From: a virus
IMG/VR virus record: IMGVR_UViG_3300015371_000021
Coordinates: 8,190 to 72,189 of that record
Length of the DNA stretch: 64,000 nucleotides
Reading direction: 5' to 3' (one strand)
The notes under the pieces were generated by a model. That model made no database searches. It saw only the letters and a list, made by a program, of their open reading frames with translations, and had not been told where the DNA came from. Shown piece by piece: positions 1 through 8,134 of this stretch. The first letter of the stretch is position 1, and every line of letters begins with the position of its first letter. A program made the position numbers and the translations under genes.

Positions 1-526
1 GGCCGCCGGCAAACAGGACCATAGACGTCCAACCAGGATAATGCACCGACAGATCAGGTCGCGCCCAGATGCCCACGCCGTAGCGTGCAGCACACTCCTT
101 TGCGGTCGCGCATATCCCCGAATGCAACTCAGCATCGAGCGCGCGGCTCTCCCGTGGCCATAGATTATATGGATGCGCGATAATCAGAGTGTTCTTGAAC
201 GAACTCGGGCCGCGCGCGCCAAGCTGCCGATAGTGCTTCCAATGGTCCAACAGATCATGGTGATTGCCGGCAATGAACTCGCGATAGTATCCGCGCCTCA
301 CATAAAGGCCGCGCCCAGTTTCCCGCCACTCACCACCGAGAATGCGCGGCAGCATCTCTCGCGCATAGCAATTGCGGACACACTTCTCACTCTCGAGGTT
401 AGCCTCGCATGCCTCACGATAAGCGCGGCGCGATACAGGGTCCGTAGGATGGGGCGCCGCCTGCAGCGCCTTAAAAGCCACCTCGCGACGCTCCATCGCG
501 CCGTCGAGGGCGGAGTATTGCGTCAC
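1..526 (-). CDS. Phage hypothetical protein (3'-partial, runs off window)
   Basis: Hand-translated open frame from GTG at 526 (GTGA overlap with upstream stop): MTQYSALDG...LLDHWKHYR...IIAHPY...SVHYPGWTSMVLF. Not in the ORF track because it has no stop. Confidence 0.7.
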   Translation of the reverse strand, partial: MTQYSALDGAMERREVAFKALQAAPHPTDPVSRRAYREACEANLESEKCVRNCYAREMLPRILGGEWRETGRGLYVRRGYYREFIAGNHHDLLDHWKHYRQLGARGPSSFKNTLIIAHPYNLWPRESRALDAELHSGICATAKECAARYGVGIWARPDLSVHYPGWTSMVLFAGG

Positions 527-747
527 CGCGCTCTAGCCGTATGCAGGAGTACATACCGCGCCCAACGCTTGTCGGGGCTTTTTTCCCAATGCGTGATGAT
601 GTGGTGCCCAGCCTTACGCAGTTCATAAATCCGCGCGGCTAGGCGAAAGCAGTCAAAGCGACGCAGTGCAAGTTGCGGAGTGATTGCCCGCCCTTCCTGT
701 AACGCGGCGAGAATCCTGCGGTTTTGTGAGTCGGTGGCAGCACTCAT
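523..747 (-). CDS. Small helix-turn-helix protein (HTH_39-like)
   Basis: ILAALQEGRAITPQLALRRFDCFRLAARIYELRKAGH is typical of phage winged-HTH proteins. Confidence 0.8.
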   Translation of the reverse strand: MSAATDSQNRRILAALQEGRAITPQLALRRFDCFRLAARIYELRKAGHHIITHWEKSPDKRWARYVLLHTARAR

Positions 748-950
748 CGCACAACACGCTCCGGCATCGGCGTCACCTTCGGATGATCGGTCGCGATCTG
801 TGCCGGCTCGTCATCTTCGTTCACCGCCTTGCGAAACGTCTTGAGTCCGTGGCCGAAATCGGCCATCAGCTTGCTGACCTTGTTGCCACCGAACAGCAAC
901 AGCACGACAGCCAGCACGATCGCCCAGTGTGCGAGAGACATCGCGCCCAT
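744..950 (-). CDS. tatA: Twin-arginine translocase subunit TatA/E
   Basis: MGAMSLAHWAIVLAVVLLLFGGNKVSKLMADFGHGLKTFRKAVNED shows the N-terminal TM helix with HW, the FG hinge, and the amphipathic helix with conserved G and F of alphaproteobacterial TatA. Confidence 0.92.
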   Translation of the reverse strand: MGAMSLAHWAIVLAVVLLLFGGNKVSKLMADFGHGLKTFRKAVNEDDEPAQIATDHPKVTPMPERVVR

Positions 951-1072
951 CACTCAGCTCCCAAAGCACAGAGTATAAGGACAACGGTACCAACTAGCCC
1001 AAGGCCGGACACCAGCCCGACAAAAGCGTCACCCGTTACCTGCCACACGGCCAGGATGGCGTTGGTGCCCAT
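950..1072 (-). CDS. Small hydrophobic peptide (40 aa)
   Basis: Hand-translated MGTNAILAVWQVTGDAFVGLVSGLGLVGTVVLILCALGAE; its TGA overlaps the tatA ATG (TGATG). Confidence 0.5.
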   Translation of the reverse strand: MGTNAILAVWQVTGDAFVGLVSGLGLVGTVVLILCALGAE

Positions 1073-1088
1073 TGGATCGCTCCCAGGC

Positions 1089-1472
1089 TCACATGCCCAT
1101 GGCTTTTTTGAGCAATATCAAAAGTGCCCGCTGCTGGTCATCCGTCAGGTTGTCCGCGTTCAAGGTGCGCGGCTCCTCGTGAATCACATCCGGTTTGCCG
1201 ACGCCTCTATCCATGACAGCTTGCGCTGCCATGAGGCCAACACGCGTGTCAGAGTCCTCCATCAGCTCCACCAAGCGCGCAGCGGCGCGCGGCGAGGCTT
1301 CCCGGCAGATTCTCTGGCACTCCAGATAAGCCCCTGATTTTCCTGAAGGATTTCCGCGCTGGCCCTTTTTCCACGGAGGCGCAATACGACCACCATGCGG
1401 CTGCGGCAGCAGTTCCCTTCCGCTAGCCGAATTTCCGGTAGCCGATCCGCTTGATGTAGCGGTTTCGCTCAT
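1089..1472 (-). CDS. Terminase small subunit-like protein (DUF5681-type)
   Basis: PWKKGQRGNPSG motif, followed by helical AAARLVELM...AAQAVMDRGVGKP. Confidence 0.7.
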   Translation of the reverse strand: MSETATSSGSATGNSASGRELLPQPHGGRIAPPWKKGQRGNPSGKSGAYLECQRICREASPRAAARLVELMEDSDTRVGLMAAQAVMDRGVGKPDVIHEEPRTLNADNLTDDQQRALLILLKKAMGM

Positions 1473-1535
1473 TTCCCGCACTTACCACGACTTACAAGAA
1501 TTCCGCTACCTCACGAACACGTGATACACAGAACA

Positions 1536-1576
1536 GGGATATTTCCCTTGACTGTCTCGCTGTTCCTGACTATCTC
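1536..1576 (+). promoter_or_regulatory. Operator palindrome GGGATATTTCCC abutting a sigma70-like promoter
   Basis: GGGATATTTCCC (1536-1547), then TTGACT (1548-1553), then CTATCT/TATCTC 16-17 bp downstream. Confidence 0.6.
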
Positions 1577-1703
1577 AGATGCGAGACAGAACCCAACACC
1601 GAGGCTAAGGGAATACAGCAAGAGGCGAAGCGGCGGAACAGTCGATAGTGCTCTTGGGGAAGTCCCGAGTTGGTTGAAAAGCCTCAGAAGAACGGAGGGA
1701 ACA

Positions 1704-2012
1704 ATGAATAAGCCATACATCGAACAGGACTGCACCATCACACACGAAGGCAAGTCCTACACTTCTGGTGGAGCAGCTGTCACAGCAGATTACATCATCG
1801 CCTATCCGCTGAAGAATGGTGTCCTTGGAGACTGGCACGGTCGACCAATCGGCACATGGCGATCAGTTTCGACATGGCGCGTCAATTCGTGGATCAGCAG
1901 CCACATGCACCAAATCGAGGCCATCGTTAACAGTGTAACTTATACAGGACGCGGCTTCGGCGAAGGCATGGTCTATCGCGGCAAGCGCAAGGTATCGCGC
2001 TACGGCGGCTAA
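1704..2012 (+). CDS. Phage hypothetical protein
   Basis: ATG at 1704 preceded by GGAGGG; MNKPYIEQDCTITHEG... Confidence 0.7.
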   Translation: MNKPYIEQDCTITHEGKSYTSGGAAVTADYIIAYPLKNGVLGDWHGRPIGTWRSVSTWRVNSWISSHMHQIEAIVNSVTYTGRGFGEGMVYRGKRKVSRYGG

Positions 2013-2022
2013 CCCAGACACC

Positions 2023-2043
2023 GGGCAGCGTGGGGCGCTGCCC
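2023..2043 (+). terminator. GC hairpin (possible terminator or processing site)
   Basis: GGGCAGCG-TGGGG-CGCTGCCC just after the stop at 2012; no U-tract. Confidence 0.35.
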
Positions 2044-2095
2044 TAGCCTGGAGTAGCCGAAGCTAGCAGGAACGAAAATAACCGGGGACAAACCA

Positions 2096-2323
2096 ATGAA
2101 CGACAACGACCTTCGCTATGAAACTCAGCCCTCCGAACTCGACATCCGCGTGATGGGCATGCTGATCGACACCTACTCGGTGCCGCAGCTGTTAGAGCTC
2201 GTCGTGGACCACTGCGCGGAACGCGCAGACCGCGCGAAAGCGGCGGGATGCAGCGCCAAAGCCGCAGTATGGAACCGCTACGTTAACCGAATCGAGGCGG
2301 CAATCACCACGATTGCCGCGTAA
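2096..2323 (+). CDS. Hypothetical protein
   Basis: 75-aa ORF with purine-rich RBS. Confidence 0.65.
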   Translation: MNDNDLRYETQPSELDIRVMGMLIDTYSVPQLLELVVDHCAERADRAKAAGCSAKAAVWNRYVNRIEAAITTIAA

Positions 2324-2340
2324 GCAACGGAGACGGAGGA

Positions 2341-2544
2341 ATGAAACGCGCGGCGCTAATGGCGCTCCTATGCCTCGCTTTGGGCGGCTGCGTTGACCGG
2401 CACGCCCAATTCCAGGACGCGAACGGGCACTGGGTCGGGGGCTGCAGCGCCACCGGCTGGGGGATCATCGGGGCGATCGTCGCGGCCTCGAACTACAACA
2501 CGTGCATGGAGCGGGCGCAGGAGAAAGGTCTGCGACCGATCTAG
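2341..2544 (+). CDS. Small lipoprotein
   Basis: Signal peptide with lipobox (LALGG-C), GGAGGA RBS, and two more Cys. Confidence 0.75.
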   Translation: MKRAALMALLCLALGGCVDRHAQFQDANGHWVGGCSATGWGIIGAIVAASNYNTCMERAQEKGLRPI

Positions 2545-2563
2545 CTCGAGCAAGGAGGAAACA

Positions 2564-2881
2564 ATGACAGAAGAACCACACTGGCGCATCCGCCGGACGG
2601 CGGCGGGCTTTGTCGAACTACGCGACGAAGACTTCCTTGGCCGCGAGTGGCGGCGGCAATTCTGGGTGCCGCAGGAGGGTGGCGTCATCCGGGAGAGCAA
2701 TGACGGGCGATGGGGATACGACCACGAGGTGTGCGAGTTGCTGGCCCACGGCGGGAGGCCGCTGCAGGCGACGCAGTCCACCCTACTGGACGTAATCCGC
2801 CGCGAATACCGCCGTGCCGTCGCCCAGGAGCGCCGCCAGGGCGTTCTGGACTACAAGGGCACCCTACCCACCGGCCCATAG
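2564..2881 (+). CDS. Hypothetical protein
   Basis: AAGGAGG RBS before ATG 2564 (MTEEPHWRIRR...). Confidence 0.7.
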   Translation: MTEEPHWRIRRTAAGFVELRDEDFLGREWRRQFWVPQEGGVIRESNDGRWGYDHEVCELLAHGGRPLQATQSTLLDVIRREYRRAVAQERRQGVLDYKGTLPTGP

Positions 2882-2892
2882 CTCCGCCGCCA

Positions 2893-3069
2893 ATGTGGAG
2901 GCTTCTCCGGCCCGTTACGGCCAGCGCGCTCCTCTGGGGCGCGTTGCTGTTATGGGTGCTGGCGTGCTTCGGGATACTGGTGGCGCTGTATTTTGCCGAG
3001 AAGCAGCTGGGGAGCGATCTGCACTACGGCATGATCCCGATACGTTCAGGGGCCGAAGGCAGGGGGTAG
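2893..3069 (+). CDS. Small membrane protein
   Basis: MWRLLRPVTASALLWGALLLWVLACFGILVALYF: single TM segment. Confidence 0.5.
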   Translation: MWRLLRPVTASALLWGALLLWVLACFGILVALYFAEKQLGSDLHYGMIPIRSGAEGRG

Positions 3070-3188
3070 GTTTGGCCCCCACTCGCCTCTACCGCCCCGA
3101 TCCACAGCAGCAGGGCCAGGATCAGCACGAGTAGCACGATTAGGCCATAGGCCAGGACGCGGAACAAAGCGGCCGGGTCGAATGGCAT
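3024..3188 (-). CDS. Small membrane protein (54 aa)
   Basis: Hand-translated MPFDPAALFRVLAYGLIVLLVLILALLLWIGAVEASGG... Confidence 0.5.
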   Translation of the reverse strand: MPFDPAALFRVLAYGLIVLLVLILALLLWIGAVEASGGQTYPLPSAPERIGIMP

Positions 3189-3199
3189 TTACGGAATGC

Positions 3200-3472
3200 C
3201 GCGGACAAAAGGATTTTGTGTATACAAAACGGGGGTTCGTTGCATTTTAGTTCGTTTCATTTATCCCGTTCCCGGGGTGAACGGGTAAATGAAACGGGGA
3301 ACTTTTGCAAGTAGAAAATAAGGCCTTCTGTTTCGCCTGTTTCAGGCTGTTTCAAAACAGCCGAAACAGGCAGATTTCCGCCATTTTTTAGGGTGTAGGG
3401 GTCGCTGTTTCAGCGGTTTTTGTTTCAGCCTAATCTTCGGGGCGCTGTTTCAGCTCGATTTTGCCTGTTTCG
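3200..3472. repeat. AT-rich region with (C)TGTTTC iterons; putative replication origin
   Basis: CTGTTTC at 3328, 3337, 3347, 3405, 3445 and 3465; TGTTTC at 3421; inverted GAAACAG at 3363. Lies at the 3' end of the primase-helicase gene. Confidence 0.65.
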
Positions 3473-5274
3473 GTCAGCAGGTATTTGCCGCGAAACACCC
3501 GCACCAGCCTGTCAGTCGTCAGCTGCTGCAGGTGCCGGCGCACCTTGGAAAAATTGGGAATGCCGGCGTCATTGACCCAGCCGGCCTCTCTGGCCAGCTC
3601 CCGAAGCGAGATATCGGGACGCTGATTGAGCCAATAGAGCACCGCGTTCTCATCCGCGCGGGTTTGTTTGGCCGCATGTGCCGCGGCTTCAGAGCTGATC
3701 GGCTCAGCGACAACAGTCATAAAGGGCCGGCCATGTTTGTCGAGAAGCCCAGTCGGCACGGGTCGCAGGTCGTAGGTAAGCGGCGCAAAATCAGGACCGC
3801 GGATTTTCCCCTGCCAGTGCATTTCGGTTTTTTCGCGGGCGTCACTCGCCCACAAGGTGAGGTTGGCGTCCATCTCATTGAGAAAGCCGCCACCACCACG
3901 GGGTAAGAGGTTGTCTGCCGCCGCCCGCTTGATCGGATGACACAGTGGGATAACCGCGGGGTGGCCGGTGCATTCTGCGATGAACCGACGGAACGAACGG
4001 CCATAGGCACCCGCCTGCACGTTGTCGTTTTCATCGTCGCCGGGATAGAACGCTGCAGCGGTATCGCCAATAATCGCCGTAATCGGCACGCCTAGGGCGT
4101 TGATTTCCGCAATCAGCGCGTCAATCTCGCTGTCGCTTAAGGGAAACGAGTGCGGCATCACGTAGGGCATATCTTCGGCACGTAGGCTGAATGCCTGCGC
4201 CATTCCGACCATCCGCGCCTTGAGGTCTTCGGGGTTCTCGCCGGCCAGGTAGACGACGAAGCCTTTCGTCACTTCCATGTTCACAATCGGCCGGCCGGCC
4301 TGGATCATGCACGCATTGTAGAGCCACACCGCGGTTTTGCCGTGACCGGTATTGGAGGTGCAGGAATAAAGCCTGCTGCGCTGCACAATGCCATCGATCA
4401 GCCAGTCGGGGACGACGAGGCTCGACATGAACGTGGCACCCGTGACGATGCGGCTAGGGGGTGGGGCGGCGGGGCCTACTTCAGGCTGGGCTTCCGCCAG
4501 CTCGCGCAATTCCTCGACGTCATGGCCGGCGTCCAGCCAGTCAGACACGTCACCCTTTGGGGGCAGATCGGGCAGCAGCAGGACGCGCACCGAGGCGGCG
4601 GTGCCACGCAAGGCGTTGGCCACTTGGGCCGCGTGCTTTGCGCCGGGTGCGTCATTATCCTGCAGCACCACCACGGGCTTGCCGGCGAAGTGGGACGCGT
4701 AGTCAGCCCGCCACTTTTCCGCGCCACCGATATTGGTGGTGGCGATCAGTCCCTCGCCATGCAGACGATCGGCGTCCTTTTCCCCTTCGCATATCCAGAC
4801 GGTTTCCGCCCCGGAGTGAATCAGGCCAGGTAGGCGATAGAGCAGCCGGTCGTGGTTTGGGATATGGGCCACCGACCAACGGCCATCTGGGGCGCGCTGA
4901 CGAAAGCGCGGGCTGCCGGACAGCGTGCGAACCACCTGGAGGACCAGGCTTCCGTCCGCGTCGCGGTAATCGTAGAGGCGGGCGATGTCCTGCTCGTGGG
5001 GGAGGCGGGGGCCATGGCCATTAGTGCGCGGACGCGCATCGTTAGCGGGCGGTGGCACCCGGCGCGCCAGCATGTGGAGGTCGCGGTAGCCGCCGCCCTC
5101 GTTGGTCTCATTGTCAAACCAGACGTTCTTGTCCGTTCGGACGGATTTGCTTTCTTTCGCGCCGAACCGGAGTTCGTTGGGCGCGCGTCTGGTGGGCTGA
5201 CCCCATAGCTCGATCGCCAGTTCGACAATTGACGGCCACGATGGGTCAGGCGTGTAGCCGCTCATCGTGCGCAC
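3430..5274 (-). CDS. DNA primase-helicase (TOPRIM + AAA_25/RecA-like + C-terminal HTH)
   Basis: TOPRIM WICEGEKDAD...QDNDAPG...KGDVSDW; Walker A SNTGHGKT; Walker B IIGDT. Confidence 0.9.
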   Translation of the reverse strand: MRTMSGYTPDPSWPSIVELAIELWGQPTRRAPNELRFGAKESKSVRTDKNVWFDNETNEGGGYRDLHMLARRVPPPANDARPRTNGHGPRLPHEQDIARLYDYRDADGSLVLQVVRTLSGSPRFRQRAPDGRWSVAHIPNHDRLLYRLPGLIHSGAETVWICEGEKDADRLHGEGLIATTNIGGAEKWRADYASHFAGKPVVVLQDNDAPGAKHAAQVANALRGTAASVRVLLLPDLPPKGDVSDWLDAGHDVEELRELAEAQPEVGPAAPPPSRIVTGATFMSSLVVPDWLIDGIVQRSRLYSCTSNTGHGKTAVWLYNACMIQAGRPIVNMEVTKGFVVYLAGENPEDLKARMVGMAQAFSLRAEDMPYVMPHSFPLSDSEIDALIAEINALGVPITAIIGDTAAAFYPGDDENDNVQAGAYGRSFRRFIAECTGHPAVIPLCHPIKRAAADNLLPRGGGGFLNEMDANLTLWASDAREKTEMHWQGKIRGPDFAPLTYDLRPVPTGLLDKHGRPFMTVVAEPISSEAAAHAAKQTRADENAVLYWLNQRPDISLRELAREAGWVNDAGIPNFSKVRRHLQQLTTDRLVRVFRGKYLLTETGKIELKQRPED

Positions 5275-5447
5275 ACGGCACGGTGCAGGCGGAATAGGGT
5301 GGCGATCTCCACACTGACCAAGCAGGCGGCGACGAAAAGCGCCTCAGGCCCTTTTAGGGCGGCTTGGTGCTCCTCTTTTAGGTCGAATGCGCACTCCCAG
5401 GCACGCTGCGCCACGAGTGGCGGAGGCAGCACTGGGATTTTCGGCAT
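5262..5447 (-). CDS. Hypothetical protein
   Basis: MPKIPVLPPPLVAQRAWECAF..., coupled to the primase start. Confidence 0.5.
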   Translation of the reverse strand: MPKIPVLPPPLVAQRAWECAFDLKEEHQAALKGPEALFVAACLVSVEIATLFRLHRAVCAR

Positions 5448-5670
5448 CGGCACGTTCCTTCCGTTCGGGATCGGACGACCGCAAAGGTTGGGACCCCATA
5501 GGGTCGGACCGCAGAGGTTGAGACCAGCACGAGAGGCACAGCGCGCGGGGCGCCCTGGCGCGCCATTTACCGGGCAGTTCGAAAAGGGAGGTGGCGGGGG
5601 CCTCGCCAGGATCGACGATATGCAGGTCTGGCGTGCCACAGACGGCGCAGACGAGCCCTGGGAGGATCAT
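5344..5670 (-). CDS. Putative Zn-finger protein
   Basis: CAVC...CLSC Cys pairs from ATG 5670. Confidence 0.45.
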   Translation of the reverse strand: MILPGLVCAVCGTPDLHIVDPGEAPATSLFELPGKWRARAPRALCLSCWSQPLRSDPMGSQPLRSSDPERKERADAENPSAASATRGAACLGVRIRPKRGAPSRPKRA

Positions 5671-5731
5671 AGCGCGACAATGGTCATGGGGCCGCCTGGG
5701 AGCCTCACGGGGGTGGGGCCGTCCGGTAGGA

Positions 5732-6367
5732 TCACGGCAACAGGGCGCGCTGGGTAGCAGCAGAGCGGGCGAGCTGGCGCGCTGTAGGGCGGGTGCGCCG
5801 GCGGTGGCCTTTGGTTGGTGGCTCCGGGTCGTTGGCCGGGGCGGGCGGGGCGTTCTCGTCGGCGATGAAGGCCGTCGCGTTCTCTCGCCTTGTCTCCCAG
5901 CCGCTACTAGCACCACCAGGGCGGTGGCCCTTGGCTGCCTCTTTGGCTTCCTGCCGTCTGACTGCCGCGGCGTAGAGTTCGTCACCGACTTGCGCGACGG
6001 TGCGCCAGTTGGCCCGTAAGGGGACGCTGTGGCGCTCGCACGCCTCGCCGTAGGCCATGACGCTGTCGACCCATGTGGCGGGATGGCCGATAGCCGCGAG
6101 GCGGCCCAGTATGTGCTCTTGCTGGGAGCCTTCCTGTACCTTGTTCCCTGGCGCCTTCAGCTCGCAGCGGAACGTACGGCCACCGTTCAAGCACAACTCG
6201 GTGTCGGGCCAGCCGGAACGAATGCCGCGAGACGCTTCGTGCAGATGCTCAAGCGCGGAGCGGGCCGCTCCACGATCGTGACAAGCGAATTCATGTTCGA
6301 CGGCAATTGCCCGTGCCACAAACCACTTAATGCAGCTTTGCAATGACCATTCGCGATGAACAGCCAT
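5732..6367 (-). CDS. VRR-NUC domain nuclease
   Basis: EWSLQ...GIRSGWPD...CELKAPG...QQ: PD-(D/E)xK VRR-NUC signature. Confidence 0.85.
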   Translation of the reverse strand: MAVHREWSLQSCIKWFVARAIAVEHEFACHDRGAARSALEHLHEASRGIRSGWPDTELCLNGGRTFRCELKAPGNKVQEGSQQEHILGRLAAIGHPATWVDSVMAYGEACERHSVPLRANWRTVAQVGDELYAAAVRRQEAKEAAKGHRPGGASSGWETRRENATAFIADENAPPAPANDPEPPTKGHRRRTRPTARQLARSAATQRALLP

Positions 6368-6407
6368 CAGTGTGCGTTACCGAACATAAGGTGACGTTCC
6401 CTGGTGT

Positions 6408-6427
6408 GGGGATATTTCCCCTTGAAG
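6408..6427. promoter_or_regulatory. Operator palindrome GGGGATATTTCCCC
   Basis: 12-bp core identical to 1536-1547, also followed by TTGA. Confidence 0.6.
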
Positions 6428-6540
6428 TGATGCGGACGATAGGCAAAAAATACCGGCCTCAAGCCGGGGGGCGGCATAGAAGCCGGTCAGGCAACTTTGG
6501 AGGAAACGCTTTTAATCAACTCAAGGCGGTAAGTCACATA

Positions 6541-6569
6541 ACTGTCAGACTGGGAGGCCAACCTGTCAA
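6541..6569 (-). promoter_or_regulatory. Leftward sigma70-like promoter for the VRR-NUC/primase operon
   Basis: Minus strand TTGACA-N17-GACAGT. Confidence 0.5.
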
Positions 6570-6670
6570 GCCAAAAAAAGGTAGAGGGCTACGATTCGAA
6601 GGGAAACATCCCCGCTCAGCCGCGGCGTGGTGCGCGGCAGAAACAGCCCGAGCATTACAATTTGGAGGCG

Positions 6671-7063
6671 ATGTCGCCGATCGCGCGACAAATCTTTTAT
6701 CTTGCGATGGCTACGGGCAGAACGCCCTATCAGCTTTCGCACGAAATCGGCGACAAATACGGGACCTATTTTCGCGACCTGTTCAACGGGACATTCAAAG
6801 AGCCACAGGCAGACAAGCTGCAGCTGATCGCGCGCGCGCTGGACTGTTCGGTGGAAGACCTACTTCCCAGCCTCACGGAGCAACCGCATCGCCTCAGAAA
6901 TAGCCGCGCGAACGACCCGTTCTTTACCCGCCCCAGTCAAACTACGCCAAAAGTCCAGCAACGCAGCCTCCTCGAGCTGCTCCGTCGCGCTCGGCGTATT
7001 TGGCGTCGTACTGGGGTTCATTGGTCGATTGAACACGACCGGCTGAGAAGCAGAAGTTCTTGA
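6671..7063 (+). CDS. XRE/Cro-CI family HTH transcriptional regulator
   Basis: TPYQLSHEIG...KEPQADKLQLIARALDCSVEDLL; GGAGG RBS; divergent control region carrying operators. Confidence 0.85.
   Translation: MSPIARQIFYLAMATGRTPYQLSHEIGDKYGTYFRDLFNGTFKEPQADKLQLIARALDCSVEDLLPSLTEQPHRLRNSRANDPFFTRPSQTTPKVQQRSLLELLRRARRIWRRTGVHWSIEHDRLRSRSS
6860..7021 (-). CDS. Small antisense ORF resembling the C-terminal helix of phage repressors
   Basis: MNPSTTPNTPSATEQLEEAALLDFWRSLTGAGKERVVRAAISEAMRLLREAGK; lies inside the 3' half of the HTH gene on the opposite strand. Confidence 0.4.
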   Translation of the reverse strand: MNPSTTPNTPSATEQLEEAALLDFWRSLTGAGKERVVRAAISEAMRLLREAGK

Positions 7064-7089
7064 CACAGGGAAATTTCCCCGGTTATGAT
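7060..7089 (+). promoter_or_regulatory. Sigma70 promoter with operator GGGAAATTTCCC in the spacer
   Basis: TTGACA (7060-7065), 18 bp, TATGAT (7084-7089); perfect palindrome at 7068-7079. Confidence 0.75.
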
Positions 7090-7114
7090 CGTCGCCAACA
7101 GAGGAAACATCATC

Positions 7115-7474
7115 ATGCACAACGTCACCTGTATCGCGTGTGGCGCGCTGGTGGAAGAAGGAATCGTCAAGGATTGTATGGGCACGGGTCGCGTCGACCT
7201 TGACTGCCCTGGCCATCCAGATCAATGGGCGCTGCGTCATTTTATGGACCCGCACCGGGCCTACAATTTACGGAGCGCCGTCGATCGCATGGCGATACGC
7301 GCGGCGATCGAGCGGCGCATTCGGGCCTGCGGGCAGCATTTCGCCATCCTGCGTGAGGACGATGCCGATCGCATCGTGGTCGGTAGGCGGCGTCAGAGCT
7401 ACCTCGCGGCACTCGACGTGCTCGACCGCTACGAGCCGGTGCGCGTCAACTACGGCAGGACGCTGGAGCCATGA
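7115..7474 (+). CDS. Hypothetical early protein
   Basis: GAGGA RBS before ATG 7115; CxxC...C motif. Confidence 0.6.
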   Translation: MHNVTCIACGALVEEGIVKDCMGTGRVDLDCPGHPDQWALRHFMDPHRAYNLRSAVDRMAIRAAIERRIRACGQHFAILREDDADRIVVGRRRQSYLAALDVLDRYEPVRVNYGRTLEP

Positions 7475-7659
7475 GCTACGAAAGCGCGCACCAACTCGCC
7501 GACGAGTTGTTCGATTGGCTAATGGATAGTTCTGAGGGTGCGCCAGAGATCATGATGGCGATGACGCTGGTATTCGAAAGGCTGCTTCGGCGGTGCCCAC
7601 CGCCGATGCAGAGAAAGACCCTCAAAACGCTGGAGGAGGTATTGGAGATGGAGCCGTGA
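7471..7659 (+). CDS. Hypothetical protein
   Basis: ATGA-coupled ORF. Confidence 0.6.
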   Translation: MSYESAHQLADELFDWLMDSSEGAPEIMMAMTLVFERLLRRCPPPMQRKTLKTLEEVLEMEP

Positions 7660-7913
7660 GCGAGCCACTCTCCACGCAGTTGGAGGAGGCCAAGCGCCTC
7701 ATAGTAGCGCTAGCTAAGTACGAGGGGCCGTTCCAGCGTAAACTGATGGTGCTGGCGCAGGCGTTTACCGCCTATGCAGCGCTGGCGCGGCGCTTAGAGG
7801 AGCGCAACGAGAGCTTGGAAATCAGCAACGCCATGCAATACCAGCCACCGGAATACGAACCACCGCGCCACCGTTGGTGGCAGATGGTTAGCGTGACAAG
7901 GAAAGACACATGA
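7656..7913 (+). CDS. Hypothetical coiled-coil protein
   Basis: GTGA-coupled ORF. Confidence 0.6.
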   Translation: MSEPLSTQLEEAKRLIVALAKYEGPFQRKLMVLAQAFTAYAALARRLEERNESLEISNAMQYQPPEYEPPRHRWWQMVSVTRKDT

Positions 7914-8134
7914 CCCAAATTCCTCTCACCATCGACCTGGCAAACTGCAGCGAACACGAATTGCAGCTGATTGCCGATCGGCTACCGATGGCCAAGAAGG
8001 TGCCAGGCGTGGTCTGGGAGTTTCGCCCGCGCATCGCCCGGCCGTCGATGTTCAAGCGCTATCTCGAAGATCAGCAAAACGGTGCGGCGGCTGGTGCCGG
8101 TACAGAGCCACCGGAAGGGCCAGCGGTGCAGTGA
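7910..8134 (+). CDS. Hypothetical protein
   Basis: ATGA-coupled ORF. Confidence 0.6.
   Translation: MTQIPLTIDLANCSEHELQLIADRLPMAKKVPGVVWEFRPRIARPSMFKRYLEDQQNGAAAGAGTEPPEGPAVQ

Noticed and set aside
7068-7079. GGGAAATTTCCC matches a eukaryotic NF-kB site
   Set aside because: Coincidental; it sits in a sigma70 promoter spacer and is better explained as a phage operator.
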